DNA of 64,000 nucleotides, from NCBI GenBank assembly GCA_039931065.1, contig JBDTSP010000006.1, forward strand, positions 126,161 to 190,160, in the 5' to 3' direction. The stretch comes from Pseudomonadota bacterium. GTDB lineage: Bacteria > Pseudomonadota > Gammaproteobacteria > Steroidobacterales > Steroidobacteraceae. Within the stretch, counting starts at the first letter, position 1. The number at the start of each line of letters is the position of its first letter. Under the pieces are notes generated by a model, which was given only the letters and a program-made list of their open reading frames with translations, did not search any database and was not told the origin of the DNA. The position numbers and the translations under genes are program-made. This document shows, in pieces, positions 10,115 through 19,800 of this stretch.

Positions 10115-11089
10115 TCAAGATGACAATAATCCTCGCGCCCTTAAGACGTTACGCATCGTCGTGAACCGGAAATCGCCCAGCAGCTGGCGCAGACGGCCCT
10201 CGCATTTCGAGAGATTCGTGTAGTGGCGGAAACGCGAAACCAGGCTGGTCTTCACCCGGGGTTGTTCGAAATCGATCTCCCACGGGTGCAGGTAGAAGGT
10301 GAATGGCAGGCGTTCCTGCTCGTTGATGCTGCGCAGGCCCGCGCGGGTGAACCAGTACGGCAGCAGGCGGAAGTAGCCGCCGCCCGACACCGGGACGCGC
10401 AGCGGCCCGACGGCCGCGGTGGACATCGGAAACTCGGCGATACGGCCACCCGAGGGAGCGTGCACGAATCCCGGTGCCCGGTCGGCACCCGGCATCCCGT
10501 AACGGTCGTGGCGGACCGGAAAGATGGACGAGTCATAAGCGAAGCCCTGCTCGATCAGGGTGTCGAGCGCCCAGCGCGAACGCGGCGTGATCGAAAAGCT
10601 GGCGGCGCGATAACCGATCACCGGCAGGCCGGTCAGGTCCTCGAGCAGCGCCTTGGAACGGTGGGTCTCTTCGGCGAAGACGGCCGGAGTTTGCCGGTAG
10701 ATGAGTTCATGCGAATAACCATGGCAGGCCACTTCATGGCCAAGCGAGGCAATACGTTTGACCAGCTGCGGCACTTTGTCCGCGACCCAGCCGAGCACGA
10801 AAAAAGTCCCCTTTATGCGCCGCTCGTCGAGCATGGCGAGCAACCGGTCAGTGCTCGCGGCGACGCGCGACTCACGGTCGCCCCAGGTCGAGCGCGGAAT
10901 CGCCGAGGCCAGCGCGGACACGTGGTAATAGTCTTCGACGTCGATCGTGAAGGCATTGGTGACGACCGCCTTCGACTCAACGGCTGAGGGGCCACGGACG
11001 CTGGAAGACGTCTTGGCGGCGTCGTTGACATCGTCGGCTGCAGCGCGCAGTTCAGTCCGCGGCATGGATAAGGTCGCCTTTGAATTCAT
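10115..11089 (-). CDS. polysaccharide deacetylase, XrtA/PEP-CTERM locus subfamily (TIGR03006-like, from memory)
   Basis: AFTIDVEDYYHV, GTFFVLGWVA, GHEVACHGYSHE, SGGGYFRLLPY and FYLHPWE are hallmarks of this subfamily. Confidence 0.85.
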   Translation of the reverse strand: MNSKATLSMPRTELRAAADDVNDAAKTSSSVRGPSAVESKAVVTNAFTIDVEDYYHVSALASAIPRSTWGDRESRVAASTDRLLAMLDERRIKGTFFVLGWVADKVPQLVKRIASLGHEVACHGYSHELIYRQTPAVFAEETHRSKALLEDLTGLPVIGYRAASFSITPRSRWALDTLIEQGFAYDSSIFPVRHDRYGMPGADRAPGFVHAPSGGRIAEFPMSTAAVGPLRVPVSGGGYFRLLPYWFTRAGLRSINEQERLPFTFYLHPWEIDFEQPRVKTSLVSRFRHYTNLSKCEGRLRQLLGDFRFTTMRNVLRARGLLSS

Positions 11090-11128
11090 GGATCGACGGG
11101 TCTCGTTTCAGGGAGTCAATCTGCATAA

Positions 11129-11144
11129 AGCACTGTTCGTACCA
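11129..11144 (-). promoter_or_regulatory. sigma-54 -24/-12 promoter (P4) for the deacetylase gene
   Basis: The minus strand reads TGGTACGAACAGTGCT with correct GG-N10-GC spacing. The -12 GC is about 41 nt upstream of ATG 11089. Confidence 0.6.
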
Positions 11145-11207
11145 ACTTTATTTATGCCAGTTTTTTCAGTAGCTTAAAGCTCATGCCTCCATTAATACAC
11201 CAATTCC

Positions 11208-11224
11208 TGTAAATGGCACCGACA
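11208..11224 (-). promoter_or_regulatory. candidate UAS for P4
   Basis: TGTAaatggcaccGACA (TGTA-N9-GACA). Its centre is 85.5 bp from the -12 GC of P4. Confidence 0.45.
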
Positions 11225-11344
11225 GACCTCCGGCCGAGGCCCATCGGGGACAACCCTGGCGGCGGTAATTGGGCCTGTCGAACGGCGCACGGAAAAGCGC
11301 CGGGCCGCACTGCAATATCCGCCATCACCCGCGGCTTCTGACCC

Positions 11345-12604
11345 ATGTATCGGATCGAGTGGATTGAACGACTGAAGCTCGGCGGCGTACCCGGCGCGCC
11401 TGACGCAACCCCCCTGCGGGTGAGCCCGGTCGTGATCAGCCTCGGGTTCACCAGTCTGTTCACGGACATATCGTCCGAGATGGTCAACAGCCTGTTGCCG
11501 GCGTGGCTGGTCCTGCACCTGCACATGAGCCCGATGCAATTCGGCGTCATCGACGGCCTCTACAACGGGTTCGCGATCGCGCTGCTGAGCCTCGCGGCCG
11601 GTTATCTGGCCGACCGCAGCGCGCGCCAGAAGGAAGTCGCGTTGGCGGGTTATTCGCTGTCCGGCCTGTGCAAGTTGCTGCTGCTCGGTGTCGGCGCGAC
11701 CTGGGGCTGGATCCTGCTGGTGGTTGGGCTCGACCGTGCCGGCAAGGGTATTCGCGCCGCGCCGCGCGATGCGCTGATCTCGCTCAACACGCCGCCGGCC
11801 GCCTACGCCATGGCGTTCTCGGTTCATCGCGCGATGGACGCATGCGGCTCATTGTTAGGTCCTATCACAGCCTTTGCATTGCTCGCGCTGCTACCCGGCG
11901 CCTACGACGCCGTCTGGGTGACCAGCTTTTTCTTCGCTGTGATCGGGGTCGCGGTGTTGTGGCTGTTCGTGCCGAGCGCCACGGCATTGGTCGCCGCGGC
12001 CCACTCCGCCGCTGTGACGCGGCCCGCCTGGTCGCCGTGGAAATCGCGCCGCTTCCTCGCGCTCACCGCGTGCGGCGCGCTGCTCGCCGGCACCACGATC
12101 AGCGACGGCTTTCTGTACCTGCTGCTGCAGCAGAAAAGCGCGGCTCCGACAGGTTTCTTCCCGCTGTTCTACGTGGTCACCGCCGCGGCCTACATGTTGC
12201 TGTCGATACCGGCCGGACGACTGGCCGATCGCACCAGCCGCAGCCGCGTGTTCCTCGGCGGCTATGCGGTGCTCGTGGTCCTGTACATCCTGCTGCTGTT
12301 CGTCGACCGCGTGAGCACCGTCGAACTGGTCGGCTGCCTGATCCTGTTCGGGCTTTTTTACGCCGGCACCGAAGGCATCCTGATGGCGCTCGTCAGCGTG
12401 GTGATTCCGCCCGCGCATCGCACCAGTGGCATCGCCATCGTGGGCACGGCGATCGGCATAACCAAACTACTGTCGTCGGTGGCTTTCGGCGCCTTGTGGC
12501 AGTGGATCGGCATACGCGGCGCGGTGATCACCTTCGTATTGATCCTGGGATTGGCGCTGGCGGTTTCGCTCGCGCTCATGAGGGCGACCGACAATGACTC
12601 GTAG
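11345..12604 (+). CDS. MFS transporter
   Basis: About 12 predicted hydrophobic segments. The motif GYLADRSARQK and the overall pattern are typical of the MFS_1 family. Confidence 0.85.
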   Translation: MYRIEWIERLKLGGVPGAPDATPLRVSPVVISLGFTSLFTDISSEMVNSLLPAWLVLHLHMSPMQFGVIDGLYNGFAIALLSLAAGYLADRSARQKEVALAGYSLSGLCKLLLLGVGATWGWILLVVGLDRAGKGIRAAPRDALISLNTPPAAYAMAFSVHRAMDACGSLLGPITAFALLALLPGAYDAVWVTSFFFAVIGVAVLWLFVPSATALVAAAHSAAVTRPAWSPWKSRRFLALTACGALLAGTTISDGFLYLLLQQKSAAPTGFFPLFYVVTAAAYMLLSIPAGRLADRTSRSRVFLGGYAVLVVLYILLLFVDRVSTVELVGCLILFGLFYAGTEGILMALVSVVIPPAHRTSGIAIVGTAIGITKLLSSVAFGALWQWIGIRGAVITFVLILGLALAVSLALMRATDNDS

Positions 12605-13745
12605 ACCCGCCGTCACTTTCGCGATCGTGTGTGTCGTCGCCGCGGGTGGTCTCGCCGCCTATCTACTTCACGCCGGCAAACGCATGCACCCGGCACCGGC
12701 CGCGCCCTCGCCTGCCGCAGCCGCTGCGCCCGCCGCACCGGCGGAAACCGAGTCCACAGTCACCGCCACTGACTCACCACCCGCTGCGCCCGCAGCCTCA
12801 GCCGCGCCAGCAGCGGCCGAATCGACTCCTTCAGCCCCTCATGGCGCGGTCGCCGCGCCCAGGAGCCAGCGCCTGTTTTTCCGCTACAACGGCGTCGACA
12901 ATCACTACGGCCGGGTCGCATGGGTGGAAACCGCCAATCTCGCGGACGTGCATTTCGTGGATTCACTGCGTTGCGAAGTCGTGCACGTGTCCGGCGGACA
13001 CGGCATCTGCCTGAGCGCGGAGCGCGGCGTATTCACGACGTACGCGGCGACCTTGTTCGACGCGCGGACTTTCGAGCAGCGCGGCACTTTCGCGCTCAAG
13101 GGAATTCCGAGCCGCACCCGCGTCTCGGCCGACGGCACACTCGCCGGACTCACGGTGTTCGTCTCCGGACACGGCTATTCCACGCTCGACTTCTCCACGC
13201 AGACGCTGCTGATAGATTTCGCGAGTGGTTCGGTACTCGCGGACCTCGAGAACTTCAAGGTCACGCACGACGGCGTGGCGATCGACAATGCGGATTTCAA
13301 TTTCTGGGGCATCACGTTCACGCCCGATGCGAAGAATTTCTTCGCCACGTTGTCGACCGGCGGCAAACACTACCTGGTGCGTGGCGACATCGCCGCGCGC
13401 AGCGCCATCGTCATCCATGAAAACGTCGAGTGCCCTTCCCTGTCGCCCGACGCGCGCCGCATTGCGTACAAGAAACGCCTCATGGTCGGCAATCGCGTGA
13501 TCTGGCAATTGCACGTGCTCGAATTGTCGAGCGGGCGTGAAATCGCGCTGTCGGAGAAGCGCAGCATCGACGATCAGCTCGAGTGGCTCGACAATCGCCA
13601 CGTCCTGTACTCGGTGCCGAGTGCCGATGACGGGTCGAGCCCGAGCACCGATGTCTGGGAAGTGGCCGTCGACGCCAGAAGCGCACCCCAGCTCTTCCTG
13701 CGCAACGCGTATTCGCCCGCGACCGCCCGCGGCGCCGCGCGCTGA
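12594..13745 (+). CDS. membrane-anchored protein with Ala/Pro-rich linker and TolB/PD40-like beta-propeller region
   Basis: N-terminal TM helix VTFAIVCVVAAGGLAAYLL, followed by a PAPAAPSPAAAAAPAAPA linker. A PD40-like motif LSPDARRIAYKK is present. It overlaps the MFS gene by 11 nt, suggesting an operon. Confidence 0.65.
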   Translation: MTRRPAVTFAIVCVVAAGGLAAYLLHAGKRMHPAPAAPSPAAAAAPAAPAETESTVTATDSPPAAPAASAAPAAAESTPSAPHGAVAAPRSQRLFFRYNGVDNHYGRVAWVETANLADVHFVDSLRCEVVHVSGGHGICLSAERGVFTTYAATLFDARTFEQRGTFALKGIPSRTRVSADGTLAGLTVFVSGHGYSTLDFSTQTLLIDFASGSVLADLENFKVTHDGVAIDNADFNFWGITFTPDAKNFFATLSTGGKHYLVRGDIAARSAIVIHENVECPSLSPDARRIAYKKRLMVGNRVIWQLHVLELSSGREIALSEKRSIDDQLEWLDNRHVLYSVPSADDGSSPSTDVWEVAVDARSAPQLFLRNAYSPATARGAAR

Positions 13746-13776
13746 AAAAAAAACGGGGCAGCCGAAGCTGCCCCGT
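13745..13776 (-). terminator. intrinsic terminator of the giant gene
   Basis: The minus strand reads ACGGGGCAGC-TTCG-GCTGCCCCGT followed by T9. It lies 25 nt downstream of the stop at 13801. Confidence 0.8.
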
Positions 13777-13800
13777 TCGATCTGCTTTAAGGTCTGCGCG

Positions 13801-16800
13801 TCAGTTGCGCGTTACGGTCAACACATCGGTCCGCGTGTTACCGGCGGCATCACGCGCCGTGACCGTGAGGATGTTCACGCCGGTCAACACCGAGATCGTG
13901 CCCGTCGACCACGACGTCGTACCCGTGGCATTGCCGCTGCCGCCACGGTTGTTGGTCCAGCTGACCTGCGTGACCGCGACGTTGTCGGAGGCCGAACCGC
14001 CGAGCGTGATCGTCGAGGCAGTCTGCGTCCGCGTCGAATTGCTGGTGGGTGACGTGATCGTGATCGACGGCCGAGTGGTGTCCGTGAAGGTCACGGTCAA
14101 CGTATCCGTCTGCGTATTGCCCGCGGCATCGCGCGCGGTGACCGTAAGGACGTTAGAACCGGTCTGCAACGCGAGATTGCTGACCGACCAGGAGGTGGTA
14201 CCCGTGGCGGTGCCACTGCCACCGCGGCTGTTCACCCACGTGACCTGCGTGACGGCGACGTTGTCGGAGGCCGTGCCGGAAAGCGTGATCGGTGAAGCCG
14301 TGACCGCGAGCGTGGTCGCACTGGTCGGGCCCGTGATCGTCACCACGGGCAAGCTCGTGTCCGGGTTGTACGTGACGCTGATCGAATCCGTGCCCGTATT
14401 GCCGGCCGCATCGCGCGAGCTGACCGTGAGCACGTTGACGCCCGACTGCAGCACGATGCCGCTGACGGTCCATGCCGTGGTGCCCGACGCGGTGCCGCTG
14501 CCGCCGCGGTTGTTGGCCCACGTGACCTGCGTGACGCCGACCGCATCCGATGAGGTGCCGCCGAGGTTGAGCGAAGCCGCCGTGACCGTGGTGCTCGATG
14601 CGCTGGTCGGCGATGTAATCGTAACCACCGGCGCCGTCGTGTCCGGCGTGTAAGTGACCGTGAGGATGTCCGTACTGGTGTTGCCGGCCGCGTCACGCGC
14701 GGTGACGGTGATCACGTTCGAGCCGGTCAGCAGCACGATGCCACTCGCCGACCACGCAGTCGTGCCGGTTGCCGTGCCGCTGCCACCGCGATTGTTCACC
14801 CAGGCGACTTGCGTGACACCCACCGCATCCGAAGCCGTTCCACCGATATTGATCGGAGTTGTCGCGACCGTCGTGGTCGCGGAGCTTGTCGGTGAAGTGA
14901 TCGTCACGGAAGGCGCCGTCGTGTCCGGTGCGTTGTAGGTCACGGTGAGCGAATCGGCGCTGCTGTTGCCAGCCGCGTCGCGCGCCGTGACCGTGAGGAT
15001 GTTGGCGCCCGACTGCAGGACGACGCCCGAGACCGACCAGCTGCCGGTTCCCGTGGCGTTGCCGCTACCGCCGCGATTGTTTGACCAGGAGACCAGCGTG
15101 ACGCCGACCGCATCGGTGGCGGTGCCACCGAGTGCGAACGGCGTGCTGGTCACCGTGGTGGTCGTGGCGCTGGTCGGCGTGGTGATCGTGACCACCGGCG
15201 CGGTCGTATCCGACGACCCGCCGCTGGTGTTGAACACCACGTCCACCCAGTAGTTTTCACCGTTGTACGTGTCGGTCGGGAACACGCTGCTGCTGCCGTA
15301 CTTGTACAGGCCGTTGGAACCGCCCGAACCGTCCTGCGGCGCAAGCAACGGACCGCTCGTCACGCCGCTGGTCGTGAAGTAGTTGTCGTCGCCCGTGTAG
15401 AAGCCCGAGCTCGTGTGATACGAAACGACGTAGTCCGTGTTCGCCGTGAGCGCCACCGGCGAGGCCAGGGTCTGCACCTGCCATCCCGACGCGCTTTCAC
15501 CCGCGAACGTGACCTGTCCTAACAAGGTGCCGCTTGCGCTCCACAGGCTGCCGACATGCGTGCCGGTATTCTGCGAGTGCTTGAAGAACCGCAGGGCCGT
15601 GACGTTGCCGGCGGCGCTGGTGCGGAACCGCACGCCGAGCTCGACCGAGTTCGAGTCCGCGTCCACGCCACCGGAGGGCGTCTCGGCGGGCCAGATCGAG
15701 CACGGGCAGGCTGCGCCGCCGACCGTGAACGAAACCGTCGTCGGCGAGCTCTGCAGGTTGCCGCTGTCGTCGACCGCACGGACACGGACCGTCTGGGCTC
15801 CCGTGGTCGGCGTCGTCCAGCTGTAAGACCAGGTGCCGCGACCCGTGGCCGGATGCCACGTGGTACCGCCATCGGTCGACACTTCGACACCCGCGACCTG
15901 ACCACCCACGTCGCTCGCGCTGCCGCTGATGACGAGACCGTTCTGCGGGACATTGGCTCCCGCGACCGGCGCGATGATGGTCACCGTCGGCGCTGCGCTG
16001 TCCGACGAAGGACTCTGGGCCGAGAGGCCCGCCTGCAGCGAGGCCGGCTGTACGTTCATGTCGGCGAACAGGTTCACCGTCGCCTGCTGCATGACCAGGC
16101 TGACCGGCGTGCCTGCGCGATCGTGATTCGCGTCGAGACCCCAGGCCCACTGCACCGTGCCGGCGCCGAACACCCGGGCGCCGCTCGCGTGCTTGTACAT
16201 CGTCAACGCATGGTTGGCGGTGTCCGAGGCGTAGGTCGAACCGAAGTCCTGGAGCTTGTCGACGTTGCTCACGGTCGTATCCGACAGGCGGAACAGACCG
16301 GCCGGGCGAGCGCCGTTGTCGAGATCCGAATCCCACTCGTACCCAAGCGTGCCGTTCGGCAGCGTCAGCGTGTTCGTGCCCGTGAGATTCGCGGCAGCAG
16401 TGCCGCGCCACAGGCGCAGCTTGCCTTCAGCGGCCGGGATCACGATCGCCGACGTTCCGGAATTCACCGTGAAGACCGTGCCGGTCAAACCGTTTTCCGG
16501 GCGGCCGCCATCGGACGGCGGGCTGAAGCGCGGATCGCGCCACGTGCCGGTCCACTCGGCGCTCGGATCGAGCTTGCCGTTGAAATGCGTCTCCTTGTAC
16601 GAGACCAGCGTGCGGTAAGGCGTACCCGAACCGTCGATGCTGTTCTCCCAGCGGGTCTTCCAGAACACTTCGTTGCCGCTGAAGAACGCCATGTTGACGC
16701 CCGCTGCACGCGCGGCTTCGACGTTGGCGCGCTGCTGGCCGGACCAGTACTCGTCGTGGCCGGTCGAGATGAACGCGCGATGGCTGGTCAGCAGGTTGGC

Positions 16801-19800
16801 GGCACGATCCGTGTCGACACCCGTGATGTACGTGACGTCGTAACCGTTCGACTCGAGCCAGCGGATCATCGGGTACTCGGCGTTGAACACCCAGTCCTGG
16901 CCACCGGCTTCGCCACGCGTGGCGAACGGACGGTTGTAGCTCACCTTGTAGGCGCGACCCGGGTTGGTGCCGGGCGAACCCACGTACAGGCTGTTGCCGC
17001 CGTAGGTGTTGTAAGCCTGCCAGGTGGTGTCCGAAGTCTGGAAGACCATGTCCGAGGTGCTCGCGTCGTTGCGGACGATGAACGCGATGTGGCTGGCACC
17101 TCCCGTGTCGGTACGCACGACTTTTGCGAAGTAGACGCCGGAGGTCGCATTTGCAGGCACCGTCCATGAGCCCGAAACCGCCCAGTTGCCGCAATCGATG
17201 AGACCGGTCGAAGGCTGCGTCAGGCAGTTCGGCTGGTTCTGCGGCAGGCTCGCCGTCGGGTTGACGGTCGTGATCTTGCGCGCGCCCAGGCCGCCGTAAT
17301 AACCCATGCGGTAGATGTCGAAGCGGTAGTTAGTGGCATTGGTATCCACCTTGAACTGCACCGTGCCGCCGCGGTTCACGCTGATCTGCGTGGCGAAGCC
17401 CTGGATGCTGGCGTCGCCGGCGCCGTTGATGTCCCACTCGCTCGACGGGTTACCCGTCAGGCAGTTTTCCGCGGTGATCGCGTTGGCGGCGCACGGGCCA
17501 CCGGCCGCGGCCGTGGTGAACGACCAGCTGTCGTTGGCGATCAGTGCATTGTTGGCCGCGTCCTTGACGCGCGGATCGGTCGCGCCACCGCGCACAGTGA
17601 CCGTGTAGATGGCCGAGTTGACCAGCGCGCTGGTCGGCGTGAGCGTGGCGACGTTGCCCGAGTACGAAACGCTCGCCGGGATCAACGTGTTGCCGGCGTT
17701 ACGCAGCTCGATCGTCGAGCTGTTGATCGTGCTGGCATTCATCGCCTCGCTGAAGGTCACCAGGACCGCGCCGTTGAGCGCGACATTGGTGGCACCGCTC
17801 GCCGGCTGACGCAGCGTGATCGTCGGGGCCGTCGTGTCCGGGCCCGTGACGTTCTGGAACACGAGGTCGACCCAGTAGTTGGTCGCGCCGAACGAGCTGG
17901 TCGGGAAACCGCCGCTCGCGCCGTAGGTGTACACACCGTTGCCGCCCGCCGCCGGGTCACTCAACGCGTGCAACACGCCGTTGTCGACGCCGGTCGAGGC
18001 GAAGAAATTCGCGTTGACGGAGTAGCCGCCGTTCGGCGCGAAATACGAGGCCACGTAGGTGGTGTTCGCATCGATCGCAACCGGCGACGAGAACAGGACT
18101 TCCTGCCAGCCAGTCGCGGTTTCGCTGCCGAAGGTCGCCTGTGCGAGCAAGGTGCCGGTCGAAGTCCACAACTTGCCGACATGTGTGCCGGTGTTGCTCG
18201 GGCCCTTGTAGAAGCGGATGCCCGCGACGCTGCCACTGGTGTCCGTGCGGAACTTCACGCCCAGCTCGACGGCACCCGTATCGCTTTCGGACGCAGTCGC
18301 AGGCGTAGTCGTGCTGGGCCAGAGGGTGAGCGTGGTGACCGACGAATTCGTGGTCGTGAACGACCAGCTGTCGTTCGCCGCCAGCGCATTCAACGCAACG
18401 TCCTTGACCCGCGGATCGGTCGCACCGCCGCGCACTGTCACCGTGTACACGGTGTTCACCGCGAGCGCAGCGCTCGGGGTCAGGGTCGCGACGTTCGTGG
18501 CCGCGTTGTAGCTGACCGCGGCCGGAACCAGGGTCACGCCGTTGCGCAGTTCGATTGAGCTCGTGCTGATCGTTGCGGCGCTCATTGCCTCGTTGAAGCC
18601 GACAGTTACGGTGGTCGCGAGCGCGACTCCCGTGGCGCCCGAAGCGGGCGTGCGCGCAGTGACCGTGGGCGGCGTCGTGTCCGCGGTCGGCGTGTACGTG
18701 ACGGTCAACGTGTTGGTCGAGGTGTTGTTGGCCGCATCGCGCGCCGTCACGGTGATGACGTTGGTGCCGGACAGCAGCGTGATGTTGGAGGCCGTCCAGG
18801 ACGTCGTGCCGGCGGCGGTACCCGAACCACCGCGGTCATTGGTCCAGGAGACCTGCGTGACGCCGACGTTGTCGGAGGCCGAGCCGCCGATCGCGAGCGG
18901 AGTCACGGTCGTGCTGTGGGTCGGGGTCGCGACCGGGGTAGAAATGGTCACGGTCGGCGCGGTCGTGTCGGCGACACCGCCCGAGGTGGTGTCGAACACC
19001 ACGTCCACCCAGTAGTTAGTGCCCTGCCAGGTGGAGGACGGGAATACGCTGCCCGGAGCGTAGGTGTAGACACCATTGCCGCCGGCCGCCGCGGTGCTGA
19101 GCGCGTGCAACGCGCCGTTGTCGACTCCGGCCGAAGTGAACTGGCCGGAAGTGGCCGAGTACCCGCCCGCGGGGGCGTGATAAGAGGCGACGTAGGTCAC
19201 GCCTGCCGAGACCGGCACGGCCGTGGTGAACAGGACCTGCTGCCAGCCGCTCGCCGTTTCGGTTGCGAAAGTCGCCTGCGCGAGTGCCGTCCCCGTGGAC
19301 GACCACAACGTGCCGACGTGGACACCGGTGTTCGAGGCGCCCTTGTAGAAGCGGATGCCCTTGATGAATCCATTGACGTCGCTGGTGAACTTCAGGCCGA
19401 GTTCGACGGACGTCACGTCCGAATCCGACGCGATTGCCGGGGTATCGGTCGCGCTGAAAATCGTGCACGGGCAGGTCGGGGCCGAAGCCGTCGTGAACGA
19501 CCAGGTGGCGTTCGCGGCCATGGCATTGCCCGACATGTCCTTCACACGCGGGTCGCTGCCGCCGCCGCGCACGGTCACGGAATACGTGGCGCCGCTCGAG
19601 AGTGCGCTCGAGGGCGTGAACGTCGCGGAAAGTGTGCTGGCGCTGTAGGCGACGCTGCCGGCGACGAGCGCGTTGCCCGCGTCGCGCACTTCGAACGTGC
19701 TACTGGTGACCGAGGCCGGATCGAGCGATTCGTTGAAGGTCGCGCGGATGGGCGTGACCGACGCGACGCCGGTCGCACCGGCGGCCGGAAGGCGCGTGGT

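Noticed and set aside
11261-11272. GGCGGTAATTGG resembling the RfaH ops element GGCGGTAGnnTG upstream of the MFS gene.
   Set aside because: There are two mismatches, including the conserved G at position 8. The downstream operon has only two genes, unlike typical RfaH targets.
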